From positions 248,001-312,000 of the forward strand of contig CDRNVI010000040.1 in the NCBI GenBank assembly GCA_977017575.1: 64,000 bases of DNA, written 5' to 3'. Made by a program: the position numbers and the translations under genes. Every line of letters starts with the position of its first letter. Position 1 is the stretch's first letter. Positions 44,029 through 54,416 of this stretch are shown here, in pieces. A model generated the notes under the pieces. It had not been told where the DNA came from. It ran no database searches and saw only the letters and a list, made by a program, of their open reading frames with translations. This stretch comes from Paramoeba atlantica (Eukaryota; Protista; Discosea).

Positions 44029-44578
44029 ACAGTTTACTATGAGCCTATGGAGGTGAGGACTTGGGTTGAGGGCTGTAGAAAAGCTAAAGGTGTTCTTTTT
44101 TTAGACTAGAGTAGAACAGTTATTGCTGTAAAGAAACGTTAATTAAAACTAGAGATTATTTATCCGTCACTTTTGCTTACCTTCTGTATGAGGAATGGTA
44201 AATGATTAGTGCGCGGAAATTTTGTTTTGCTTTCTATTTTGTGCGTTTATTAAGAAGTGGGTTTGACGCTATATCGTACTCATTACTCCTAGAACATCTT
44301 GTTAAATTACATACGGCCTTCTATTGCATTCAATGTTTTTCAGAAAGCAATAGCTGCGCTTGGAACACGACATGAGTTTAGTTTTTGAGCACATATTCTT
44401 ACAAATCTACTAATACGTAAACTGTACGCGACCTAGAATATAATACGAAAAAATACGAATCTACTAAATAATGTACTCACCAAAACTGATCAGAACTGAT
44501 TAAATTTGAATATAATCTAAGACTGCGGAAAACTAGAAGAGCATTCCTTTCTAAATTATCTTTTTCAAATACGAATCC

Positions 44579-44929
44579 ATGACTCAGATTGGACAATACC
44601 CCACCGTACAGCGCTATAACCGGATGCCCACACGTATGAAGGTGCGCCTATTTTGGGCCTGTGCCATTTCTCTTGTGGTGTACTACCAAGGTGTAAAGCT
44701 TGGTACCACCCGCTCTTCTCCGAAGTGGTTGGAGCATCGATACCTGCAGTACGAGAAGGAGATGCCAGAGGAAGTAATGAAGCGAACCGCCTCGGACCGT
44801 GAAATGCGAGATACCTACAGTTTGCACAACATGTTACGAGTACCCACCCCTGGGGAGTTTTCAGTCGCAATGAAGGATGAGCTCAACCCCTCGCGCCTAG
44901 CCGTCGAGAGCTCTTTCACTAAGAAATAA
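44579..44929 (+). CDS. Small single-TM protein, probably mitochondrial
   Basis: 116 aa, TM segment LFWACAISLVVYYQG. Confidence 0.65.
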   Translation: MTQIGQYPTVQRYNRMPTRMKVRLFWACAISLVVYYQGVKLGTTRSSPKWLEHRYLQYEKEMPEEVMKRTASDREMRDTYSLHNMLRVPTPGEFSVAMKDELNPSRLAVESSFTKK

Positions 44930-44968
44930 CTATGAAATGATGTGTATAGAGTCCCGATGCTGCCGGAG

Positions 44969-45056
44969 AACAAGCCACTCAAGTCTCTTGATCAAGGAGA
45001 CTTGAGTGGCTTGTTGCACTACAAAAGGATCATTAAAGTTTAATGATCCTTCTGTA
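44969..45056. repeat. Two adjacent long palindromes
   Basis: 19-bp perfect arms 44969-44987/44997-45015; 17/18-bp arms 45020-45037/45039-45056 with a 1-nt centre. Confidence 0.92.
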
Positions 45057-45237
45057 ATCTTCTGAACGTTGGCTTACCTTGTCGCGGGGGGGCTTGAGAA
45101 CCACAATATTTGATCCATTTATAAATCTTTGCATGTTTCTAACATCTATTTCAAGGCACGTGATATTCTTCTATGCTTTAGCAATATTGAACTTAGCAAT
45201 AGTAGATGTACAGCTCCGAGTTGTGTCTGATCGAATA

Positions 45238-46317
45238 ATGAATGCGATTAAGTTCCCATGTGAAACTTGGAGCGAACTGATAAAAAGTGTAAGAGATATG
45301 CAATCCACAAATAAATCATGTGATAAGCCATCATCCTCTCTCATTGATCCAGACACAGAAGAAAGAACTTGTCGCGTGCTAAAACCCACAGTTTTACATT
45401 CAAAATCATGTTCCGCTGAGGAAAATCTTGGGCTCGTCCCATTGTCCGATATTTTTTCTCGAGGCATGTACAAAGAAAATGTCAATCGATGTACAAATTC
45501 TCCCTCTTTGGAACTACAATCCGAAAACCGCGAGAACTATCACAAGGTGGAATTAGTCGGCGGCATCATTGAGGAGGTATGGGGGGAACGAGATCCCTGG
45601 AACATTTATGTTTCTCTAAGGGACCCGAGTCATTGCCGCGTTGCGGCATGTGTACACACCTCTTGCTTAGCAACTTATCCCGCACTGCGAGTGGTAGGTA
45701 CCGCAATTCTTTTAAGTTGTCCTTCTATCGTGTGGGTACCGAATATCGAAATTAGCGAAAATTCCCCTAAGTCGCCAGTACTTCCCCTTCTAATAATTAC
45801 GTTACGCTGCATAAAAAGGGTTATACCACTATCAAAACACTTAAACAATTCTAATACCGGCAATACTGTGGCTTCTGAGTCATACAATTTCGAAAGAAAT
45901 TCCACTGATACAGAAGCAGTCGAAATCTATGCGAGCGATGCGTCTCACCACCCATCTGTAGTACATGGTAACGAAAAGGGGGAAGAGAGTGACTTTGAGG
46001 CTTATTTGTCTGGCCTCAAATACAAAGAACCTTCTATGTCATATTCTCGAGCCAATGGTTTAGGTGCGCTCTCTAGCGCTTGTTCTCCTGTCTATCACAG
46101 GGATATTCATGTGACTGGCGATACGGGTTACGCGAATTTCAGCATATCAGGGTACGCGACAGAAGAAAACCACTCTTTATCGACCTTTTTGAAAAGTCGG
46201 AGTACTCTGTCACCCGTTAAAAGCTTTTCAAATTTCTCTGAGATAGACAAAAAAAATGTTTCTACACCTTGTTCCGACGTTGCTCAGCCAGCGACTCCAT
46301 GGGATGAATTTCTCTAA
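45238..46317 (+). CDS. HROB: HROB/MCM8IP-like OB-fold protein
   Basis: KVELVGGII...VSLRDPS...ACVHTSCL...VGTAILL...LIITLRCIKRVI matches the HROB OB-fold pattern; start uncertain (ORF open from 45079). Confidence 0.65.
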   Translation: MNAIKFPCETWSELIKSVRDMQSTNKSCDKPSSSLIDPDTEERTCRVLKPTVLHSKSCSAEENLGLVPLSDIFSRGMYKENVNRCTNSPSLELQSENRENYHKVELVGGIIEEVWGERDPWNIYVSLRDPSHCRVAACVHTSCLATYPALRVVGTAILLSCPSIVWVPNIEISENSPKSPVLPLLIITLRCIKRVIPLSKHLNNSNTGNTVASESYNFERNSTDTEAVEIYASDASHHPSVVHGNEKGEESDFEAYLSGLKYKEPSMSYSRANGLGALSSACSPVYHRDIHVTGDTGYANFSISGYATEENHSLSTFLKSRSTLSPVKSFSNFSEIDKKNVSTPCSDVAQPATPWDEFL

Positions 46318-46453
46318 AATGGATTTTTTTAAAATGGGATGAATTTCTCTAGAAGTTTCTCGTATTTTATTTTATCTGCTCACATTCTCGTATCAATTTA
46401 GTGTGAATTTACAATCTGCAGGTATGACTGTCCTCATAGTATGAAAAAGAATA

Positions 46454-47471
46454 CTGTCACCCCCCCTTTATACTTCAGGGGGGTCACCCCCCTCTTTATA
46501 CTTCCGTTTTCATCCAGACGAAAAATCTGGACCCCCATTTATACTTCCAGTGCAAAAAAAAATAGCGCCGCTTCGCGGCGCTATTTTTTTTTTTTGAACA
46601 AATTTCTACATTTTTTTTATTAAAAGAGATGTGTGTAGAGATATTGCTAGATATACATGTAAATTATTTGCCGTATTTTTCCCATGCCATTACTCACAGT
46701 GGGTTAAGCATTATCCCCCTCTTCATCGCGTTGGACCTCCCAAAGAAATAATAGTTTCAAGCGCGCGCCTGCGACGTTACCAGTGTCCGTCGGTTCACCT
46801 CAGGGAGGAAAGAACTCAACAATATACGTAGGATATGTACAATATATGTAGGAGAAGTTGAATGTACATTCGAGTATGTCATTCGAGTAACAGTGCTCAA
46901 CAAATCAACGAGAAGTACGGCGTCTGATCTCGAACCATCCGCTCCATTCGGAAAAATAGTGTCGGATTTTTCCAGAAAAAAATAAATCTATCGTGGTCGC
47001 AAGCGCGATGGGGTTTGCACAAAGACAAACATGTCGAGATGCAAAAAAATTAACGAACTACTCCTTGGCGAACTGGGAGGGATGACAGCCAGCGCGGACA
47101 TGCGCCTGGTGCAGCAAAGGCGAATGTACATCGTTTCAAAGACTGTCACATGAAGCTTCTAATGGTAGATCGTACCGACACGTATTCATTACAGCGTAGT
47201 ATGCAGCGTATGTTGATTGTGTGCAAGAGGAACACGAAAGCAAACATTATGCCCTGCGTGTTTAGAGATTAGATGATTGATTTTTAGCTAGAATAATAGG
47301 AAACCAGCGCCGCGAAGCGGCCCATTTTTTTTGACCCTTTTTCAAAAAGATTTGTTCCGCGGATTTTTCAAAAAATCAGACCCCCCCCCTTTATGCTTCC
47401 GAAAGTCAGACCCCCCGCTTTATACTTCCAAAAGTACCGAAACCGGCGGTGGTATAAAAGGGGGGTGACAG
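46454..47471. mobile_element. 1-kb non-autonomous TIR element (TA|CTGTCACCCCCCCTTTATAC...GTATAAAAGGGGGGTGACAG|TA)
   Basis: 20-bp TIR, TA duplication, five direct CCCC-TTTAT(A/G)CTTC repeats, GCGAAGC hairpins at 46567 and 47309. Confidence 0.9.
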
Positions 47472-47671
47472 TAGTATGAAAAATTTATGACATACTTTTT
47501 TTGTGTCCACTTATTTTTTTTTCTTTTTTTCCTATTATATTAATCCGAGATCGGATTGATCTCGTATAACATGAAACTGATTCGGCATACAGTGCTCAAA
47601 CCCTAAAATCAAAGTCTCTTTACCATCAAAATTTAATTTCCTCTCTCCTCTCTCTCCTTTTTTGTACCACG

Positions 47672-48523
47672 ATGAATATTATATCCTTCACCATCTCGCT
47701 TGTTATTTTTGCAGAGGATCGCATGCCTACTGCCACGGCTTCACGTCGCGGAAAAGTTCGAGGGGCCGTACTTTCCCAGGACATGGAAATGCGCGGTCTT
47801 GTGACGAACGTCCGTGCAGGACGAGGTGATAAGTTCAACGAGAGTTCCGCGTGCAACTGGCTCGGTGTGTCATGCAACAGTGAACAGCAAGTAGAGAAAA
47901 TCACTTGGACGATGCAAGATCTAGAAGGAAATCTTACTTGGAGCTTCTTACCACGCACCTTGTTCGTACTCGAGGTTGGTCATAACCGTCTTTTTGGAGA
48001 AGTTCCGATGTCGCTTTTCCCTTCTGATCTCTTTCGTATAGAATTTGAATACAACAAGTTTAGAGGCGAATTTGATGCAACTTCTCTTCCATCCGCTTTG
48101 AGTGAGATTTGGTCTTCTGAGACTCATTTTAATGGGTCGCTTGATCTTACAGGGCTTCCGAAACACCTTAGCAGAATTTCGTTCAGGAAAAACGAGTTTT
48201 CAGGAGAATTAAATTTGTCTCTTCTGCCAGATTCCTTAAAAAGGCTTTATTTGCACGAGAACTGCTTTACCGGGGTTATCGATTTGACGCACCTTCCACT
48301 TCACTTAAAAACGTTGTACTTGTCCGATAATGAATTAGAGGGCGAACTCGTCTTCAAGAACTTGCCTAAAGGCTTAAAAGCGGTTTATATTGGGGGAAAC
48401 CGTTTTGTAGCAGTGCGTTTCGATCTATTGCCAGAATCTTTACTTGTCATTAACATTCAAAACAACGACCGAGTGCTGAAATATTCTTCGCCTCTCCCCC
48501 ATTGTGTGACAATTGAGCAATAA
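47672..48523 (+). CDS. LRR protein with N-cap, copy 3
   Basis: Hydrophobic leader, ACNWLGVSCN cap, LPxxLxxLxLxxNxFxG repeats. Confidence 0.88.
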   Translation: MNIISFTISLVIFAEDRMPTATASRRGKVRGAVLSQDMEMRGLVTNVRAGRGDKFNESSACNWLGVSCNSEQQVEKITWTMQDLEGNLTWSFLPRTLFVLEVGHNRLFGEVPMSLFPSDLFRIEFEYNKFRGEFDATSLPSALSEIWSSETHFNGSLDLTGLPKHLSRISFRKNEFSGELNLSLLPDSLKRLYLHENCFTGVIDLTHLPLHLKTLYLSDNELEGELVFKNLPKGLKAVYIGGNRFVAVRFDLLPESLLVINIQNNDRVLKYSSPLPHCVTIEQ

Positions 48524-48903
48524 GCAATTTACTGATGTGGAATTCTTATCATTGTTAATACATAGGGAATCATACAAACTTTACTCGAACAGAAAAGCAG
48601 TGTCCTTTTAATACTATTGAATTCGCATGCGGGATGAGTATTGAGCGCAGCGTTTATTCTTTTATTTTAAGACTTATTTCTACATGCTGTAAAAGCATGT
48701 ATTGAAAATATAAGCTCAGGGTTTGAAAAAAGAAAGTATGGATCGAAAGCTACATATACAAGGGTGGTTACCTAGCGGAGAGATAATCTGCGCCGGAAGG
48801 AATAAAAAGATAATTGAAAGCATCATTGAAAATGACATACATGTACAAATAACTGCATATACATGTATTTTCAAAAAACGTTCTTCCACTCTTTTTTCTG
48901 GTC

Positions 48904-51900
48904 ATGCTGCTTGTTTGCCCACTAATTGGTCATTGTAAAGGAAGCATCGTAGAAAAAATGAGTGTACCATCCAGCTTGCAAGTTAAAGGATGCGCAGGAG
49001 ATACGAAATGGCCTGCATGTAATTATTTAGTCCAGGTGACTACCTGCGAATTTAACGAGGCATTATCGGCCCTAAAGTCCCAGGAATGTGTTGAGCCTAC
49101 TAAAGATACAAAAATTGTGTCCGTGACTGCACCAAAAAATGCTTCGGGATTCCTCCCTGGGGACACTATATTATTGCAACCTACTAACTGTGATAGTGGT
49201 AGGAGTGTTTATGCGGCTTTACAATACAATTTAATGGATTTTGAAACTGTTCAGGACTTTCTGTTAAATTGGGCTAAAGCGATGCCAGGAATAGAGCAAG
49301 CCAGCTACATATGGAATGCCGGATTTCACAGTTTTTCTGCCTTTCTTCAATTTCTTCGCACTTCAAAAAAAAGTAATGAGCTTACAAATTTACAGGAAAT
49401 TTTATTTAACATAGTTTACTGCTTGCATTACTCAGGATTTCCGTACAGCGCTCGACATATTGTCCAACGAGTAAGTCAGTGCACAGGGGATAGATTTATT
49501 CGAGAAAGATGCCTCACTTTCCTGGAAAATCACTTCAAGATCTTTCCAAATCTGAGATATACTTCTGTTCTGAGGCTTGCAGAGGAAAATGATTTAAATT
49601 TCTGCAAAGACCAGGATGATTTTGTGTCCAAAGAGATGCCTAAAGATGTTATTGAGTACTTTTTCTCGAACTGCTCGTGGAACACGTTGGTGCAGCATGT
49701 ACCTGAACTACCTTTTCCAGGCGAGCGAGATTCGTATTTCACTTTGCTCAAAACTTTCTATAGCAGCACTAAATGTGTGCAGATTCCTTTTGAAGTGATC
49801 GGCATCAAAAGTGACGGGACGCTCTGTATTCGATGTAACCACAACACGCAATACGCACACTATATTGTGGGTATCCGTCAGCACTCGTTAGAAACCGATC
49901 AGGGTCCTACAAATTGCCATACCTCAGCGACTCATTCAAAAAAGAATCAAGAGAATCACTACTACGCACTTTTTTGGTTTGGCTCCTACAACGTACAAAA
50001 CAATATCATGTGTTTGATCAACAGTTCCCCGCAGGAGTTTGGCACATTGTTGCAAGCAGCAGTTCTCTCCTCAGTGGCCGCCGCGTCCTTCGCGACTGAG
50101 AAGAAAGGATGTGTGGGTTCGAATGGTAAGAAAATGGAGGAAAGAAAGGCGCAGGGTCTCCATGGAGAAAGTCATAACGAAGTATCCAGTGTGACGCCTG
50201 GAGTAAACTCTGAGGGCAAATGTGATAAACATTTACCAGGATCGGATTATGAATTGCGCTGTCTTTTAATAGAGGAAGAAGATGTGCTCGCGCCAGCATT
50301 AAGAAGACATACTTGGGTCGTACAGGAAAATGGATCGTGCGCAAATAATGAGAGGCAGTCGTCCGATAAAGACTCCGATTTCCAATTAGATAATGCAGAC
50401 GTGATGAAAAAAGTAGATGATCATAGTGCAAGTAATGATGAGGATCAGCATATCAGCCAAGCCGGGGAGAGTAATCGCTGCCCAAACAGGAGATATAATA
50501 TAAGGACTGTCCATGATCGATGGAGGGCAGCTCGCCGGCAACTTCCGCTCGTAGCTAAAAAGACATCTTCTTCTGTTAAACTAATATCAGAGACCAAAAC
50601 GCTATCATGCGCTCTGAAACATTCTTCTGAATTAGTGCAAACAATGGAACAAATGGACAATCTACAGCATGAAATGACTTTTATTCGAGTAGTCGAACGA
50701 GCGCAAGACGCGACACAATGCGACGCGGAGATCTGTGATATGGCTGAGCTCCGAAAAGACAACGTTATTCCCGATCCTTTTACTTACGATGAAGAAATGT
50801 TCGAAAGTTTTTTGACTTCTAGACATCCATATCTCGACAGATACGGACATTCCTTAATGAAATTAAGAAATGAAATAGGAAAGAGTCTGTGGGGAAGTTG
50901 CATCGAGTTGACATCACAACCCTCGAACGACGAATTTATGTTCCTGATCAATGCCATTAGATGTGTAATACCCAAGGGTCAGGCTATCGAACACATGGGA
51001 GAAGTAAGTGAACAAGCCCTTTTCTCGTGGTTACATGCAACAAGTGATATCGATCATGCTTATAATTATTCCGAATTAAACGTTTCTCCTTTGTTTTGCA
51101 TACCTCCAGTGCCTTCAAGTTCAACGGCGTTGCCTCCGCTTCCATTGTTTCCTTCAAAGAGTGAGAAAATGGAAGATAAAATAGCATTTCTCGAATTATG
51201 TCTTGCTCATTATGCGCACAGACTAAGGGAATGGTATGAGGCAGTCAAAAAGGAGCAACATTCGTTACGTGGGGTTGTTGAAGAGCTTGGTTTCAAGAGG
51301 CTTGCCGCCAGCCGAATTATGAAATCTCCCACTATTTTCGAGGTCCCTTACGTCGATTTGTTTATGTCACATTCACTGTCGATGAGTCGAGTACTAAGAC
51401 CTTGCTTAGTAATGGTAAACCTCACGTACTCTCCTCTGTCAGTATCCAGCCTCGAGCCGTTGTTTCATCCCAAGCAAATAAGAAATCAGAAATTAGAATC
51501 CAGTGGTTGTGATTTAGTCTTCAAGTCTTCATTGACCACAAAAGTGTCCGAACAACAATATTCAGAATCGTCGTCAGATTTTCGAAAAGGTTCTGTGGAC
51601 CATCAAATTGACATTGCACCTTCAATAAGTCGTTTTCTCCGTTCATTTGAGGTGTGGTTCTCTTCGGATGTGGATTTGAACATGAAATATGAAAATAATG
51701 ACATTCGTGCGCGACCACCTGCGCAAATAGCGTCTATAGAACCAACAGCTATTCCTAGTTCTCTTGGAAACATTTTGATTTGGACTTGTGCTGCATCTGA
51801 TGACACAGTTTCTTGGAAAATGGCTTCGCAGTTAAGCGTTTACTTAGCTAAGTGTGAGGCCTTCGAGACTGTTGCCTTAATCGGGCAGAAGTTCGTGGCA

Positions 51901-53166
51901 CAAAGCTTGGAAAGTGAGATACAATCTCCCAAGATAGCCATCCGTAACTTTTTCCAACAAAGAATGCACGCCACCGATGCCATTGTGCTACATGTCGAGG
52001 ACTCCGCGTCACACCACACTATACAATGGATTTCAATTCTGTTTCGCACGGCAAGGAAAGCTGCCTTTGTGGTTTGTAGTAAACGCTGGCAAAGAGCACA
52101 CCTCTGCCCATCCCGATTTCCTCCATCTAAGAGCCGGGGAACAGTCCCCGACTCCGAAACAGCTCTCGCGAGAGCTAAGCATTGGATTTCCACTTATGTA
52201 AGTCCTGTTCTTTACCTCCGATGCATTCGACACCCAAAGCAATCCTTTTTCCCAGTGTTTCTGGACGCTACTGAAGAACTCGCTTCTCCTCTCCATAAGG
52301 ACACAAGACGTTCACGAGATTATCTCATAGTTGAATTCCCGGAGCGCGTCACCTTTTGTAATCGAATGTGTGGACGTTCATATTCCTGCGAGGGATATGG
52401 CAACCCTGGTTCGCACGGGGAGAGCAGTTTAAAAGAGATGTCCCACATCTGTACACGCCTGTGTAGGGAATGCAACGGATTGTGTGCCACAGAACGCTGT
52501 CCCTACCCCTGTGGTCGCTCCTTTCCCTCTTGTAACCACGTGTGCTTTAAATCATGCGGGGAAAGCTGTGGAAAGTGCGAAGTTCCCGTTTTGTTGTCAA
52601 TGGGCTGTGAAGGTGACCACGTGCTGACCGGATATAACATCTTGGAGAAGGAATTTACGTATGAAAGTGTGCCGCACTATAAACAACTTCGTTGTAGCGA
52701 ATCTCTGGGGGTACATAATTTGTGCTGTAGCGAGAAAAGCGAACGTACTTGTCAGACTTGTGGTTCCGTGTGGCAGGATGCCGAATGTCAAAGGGGACAA
52801 TTTTCGCGCTGCCCGAACTGCAAAGAACAGAACTCTGAAATAGTGTCGTTGCTGTCCGAGAGGAATTCACTTTCGAAGCTTCGGCGCGCCCTTCGGTTGG
52901 AACTAAAGTTGGATGGAAACGCTTTCCTCGAGTTCGTCACGACAAGGAAAAATTTCATGTTGGGATGTCATTCAAAGCTTGTGATGGAGTATGCACTGGA
53001 AAAGGAAAAGTTTCTTATTTTAAATCAAGCAATGCGACAAACGGTTCAGGAAGTTGAAACAAAAAGTGAAAGAAATTCAGTACTGAAAATGCAGCTCACT
53101 TCTTCTTATCTAAATGGCGCGTACAACGAAAAATGTTCGTTTTTGGAACAAATGAATGTCGTGTAA
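48904..53166 (+). CDS. ZNFX1-like protein: degenerate SF1 helicase C-lobe plus NF-X1-type Cys-rich fingers
   Basis: CTRLC...CPYPCGRSFPSCNHVCFKSCGESCGKC fingers preceded by FFQQRMHATDAIVL and ILFRTARKAAFVV (motif V/VI-like); no Walker A/B seen. Confidence 0.55.
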   Translation: MLLVCPLIGHCKGSIVEKMSVPSSLQVKGCAGDTKWPACNYLVQVTTCEFNEALSALKSQECVEPTKDTKIVSVTAPKNASGFLPGDTILLQPTNCDSGRSVYAALQYNLMDFETVQDFLLNWAKAMPGIEQASYIWNAGFHSFSAFLQFLRTSKKSNELTNLQEILFNIVYCLHYSGFPYSARHIVQRVSQCTGDRFIRERCLTFLENHFKIFPNLRYTSVLRLAEENDLNFCKDQDDFVSKEMPKDVIEYFFSNCSWNTLVQHVPELPFPGERDSYFTLLKTFYSSTKCVQIPFEVIGIKSDGTLCIRCNHNTQYAHYIVGIRQHSLETDQGPTNCHTSATHSKKNQENHYYALFWFGSYNVQNNIMCLINSSPQEFGTLLQAAVLSSVAAASFATEKKGCVGSNGKKMEERKAQGLHGESHNEVSSVTPGVNSEGKCDKHLPGSDYELRCLLIEEEDVLAPALRRHTWVVQENGSCANNERQSSDKDSDFQLDNADVMKKVDDHSASNDEDQHISQAGESNRCPNRRYNIRTVHDRWRAARRQLPLVAKKTSSSVKLISETKTLSCALKHSSELVQTMEQMDNLQHEMTFIRVVERAQDATQCDAEICDMAELRKDNVIPDPFTYDEEMFESFLTSRHPYLDRYGHSLMKLRNEIGKSLWGSCIELTSQPSNDEFMFLINAIRCVIPKGQAIEHMGEVSEQALFSWLHATSDIDHAYNYSELNVSPLFCIPPVPSSSTALPPLPLFPSKSEKMEDKIAFLELCLAHYAHRLREWYEAVKKEQHSLRGVVEELGFKRLAASRIMKSPTIFEVPYVDLFMSHSLSMSRVLRPCLVMVNLTYSPLSVSSLEPLFHPKQIRNQKLESSGCDLVFKSSLTTKVSEQQYSESSSDFRKGSVDHQIDIAPSISRFLRSFEVWFSSDVDLNMKYENNDIRARPPAQIASIEPTAIPSSLGNILIWTCAASDDTVSWKMASQLSVYLAKCEAFETVALIGQKFVAQSLESEIQSPKIAIRNFFQQRMHATDAIVLHVEDSASHHTIQWISILFRTARKAAFVVCSKRWQRAHLCPSRFPPSKSRGTVPDSETALARAKHWISTYVSPVLYLRCIRHPKQSFFPVFLDATEELASPLHKDTRRSRDYLIVEFPERVTFCNRMCGRSYSCEGYGNPGSHGESSLKEMSHICTRLCRECNGLCATERCPYPCGRSFPSCNHVCFKSCGESCGKCEVPVLLSMGCEGDHVLTGYNILEKEFTYESVPHYKQLRCSESLGVHNLCCSEKSERTCQTCGSVWQDAECQRGQFSRCPNCKEQNSEIVSLLSERNSLSKLRRALRLELKLDGNAFLEFVTTRKNFMLGCHSKLVMEYALEKEKFLILNQAMRQTVQEVETKSERNSVLKMQLTSSYLNGAYNEKCSFLEQMNVV

Positions 53167-53366
53167 CAGATTTTTTGAATCTTATTGCACTCTTCCTTGC
53201 ATATCTCTAATTATTGCCGAACACTAAATGTTTATTTTTCGCATTTAAATTTCTTATTTATTGATAGCAATTGCATGGACTATATTCGAAATCAATGACT
53301 GAGTCGGGTTTTAAGTGTAGCGCTACTCATTTTAATGAAAAAATAGTTTCGTACAATTTCTAGAAA

Positions 53367-54083
53367 ATGGGTTCAATCGCAATCGGGGACTATGTTGAGA
53401 TTACTGTAAGAGACCCTGCCTCCCCGGGCAGGACGCTAACGAGAAATATGGATGAACGCGCGTTCAGTAGCTTGCACGTGCTAAATAAAGCAGTGGTACA
53501 TGACAATCGCTATTTTATAGAAACCCTCGAAGAGCTTAAGAAATACCACCGGCCGGAATATGTATACAATATGCCAAACAGATACACTTGGAATTATCGC
53601 ACCTACGAAGTTGCCTTGGCGATATGCAACGCCTATCCTATAGAACCTTTTCAAATATCAGAATTAGACAAAGGGTTAGTGTTTTCAAAGCAGAATAAGG
53701 TACGCGTCCACTTTACTGAGTTTAATCTCCTCGATAAATTTAACAATACACTTCCCGACTCGTGGCGTGTTCACGTGTCCAATAATAGCTTTCCAGACGG
53801 CCTATTGAGGGGTGAGAAAGCTAGCGCCTTTTTCACTACCTGGAATGGTTTCGAAGTTAAGGATATAAGAAAGTGGCATGCGGAGACCTTGTGGTTCCAT
53901 CACTATCAACAAAATTCGAAGGATGAAAGAGGCACGGCTCTTTGGAAAGCAGTATTTTCCAAACCTGTCTATTTGTACGCCGGATTTCGACTGCCTTCCC
54001 TCTCAGAATCACAAATAGCACTCCTTCGCTCTCTGAATATTCGTCCTCTTGCCAGACGTGGCATACAATCTGTGCTTCTTTGA
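53367..54083 (+). CDS. hypothetical protein
   Basis: 238-aa ORF in the polycistronic orientation, globular composition. Confidence 0.7.
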   Translation: MGSIAIGDYVEITVRDPASPGRTLTRNMDERAFSSLHVLNKAVVHDNRYFIETLEELKKYHRPEYVYNMPNRYTWNYRTYEVALAICNAYPIEPFQISELDKGLVFSKQNKVRVHFTEFNLLDKFNNTLPDSWRVHVSNNSFPDGLLRGEKASAFFTTWNGFEVKDIRKWHAETLWFHHYQQNSKDERGTALWKAVFSKPVYLYAGFRLPSLSESQIALLRSLNIRPLARRGIQSVLL

Positions 54084-54416
54084 ATGACGTCCGCATTTCG
54101 AATTTTTGTGCTGATGCACAAAAAATAATTGCGATGCAGGACAACGAAAGATTCAGACAACAAGTGGCTATATTTTTGATCAGCATTTATAACCTGTACG
54201 TAGATCAGGGTAATGTCTTGCACACCAATTTTTCTTGAGTTCCCAAAAATAATTGGATAATAGAATCCAGTCACATTACTTCAAAACTACCATGAAGTTT
54301 TATTTTATTCATGTGTTTAGAAACTTTTACCTTTGAACATCTTGGTATTTACGCCTTCTCGCTTATGCAACTAGTAGTGCGGCAGAACATCGTCCGTGAG
54401 ACATCGAAGTAGCACT

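Noticed and set aside
46554-46592. Bidirectional Rho-independent terminator
   Set aside because: The shape fits, but it lies inside a MITE in a eukaryotic genome; treated as the MITE hairpin motif.
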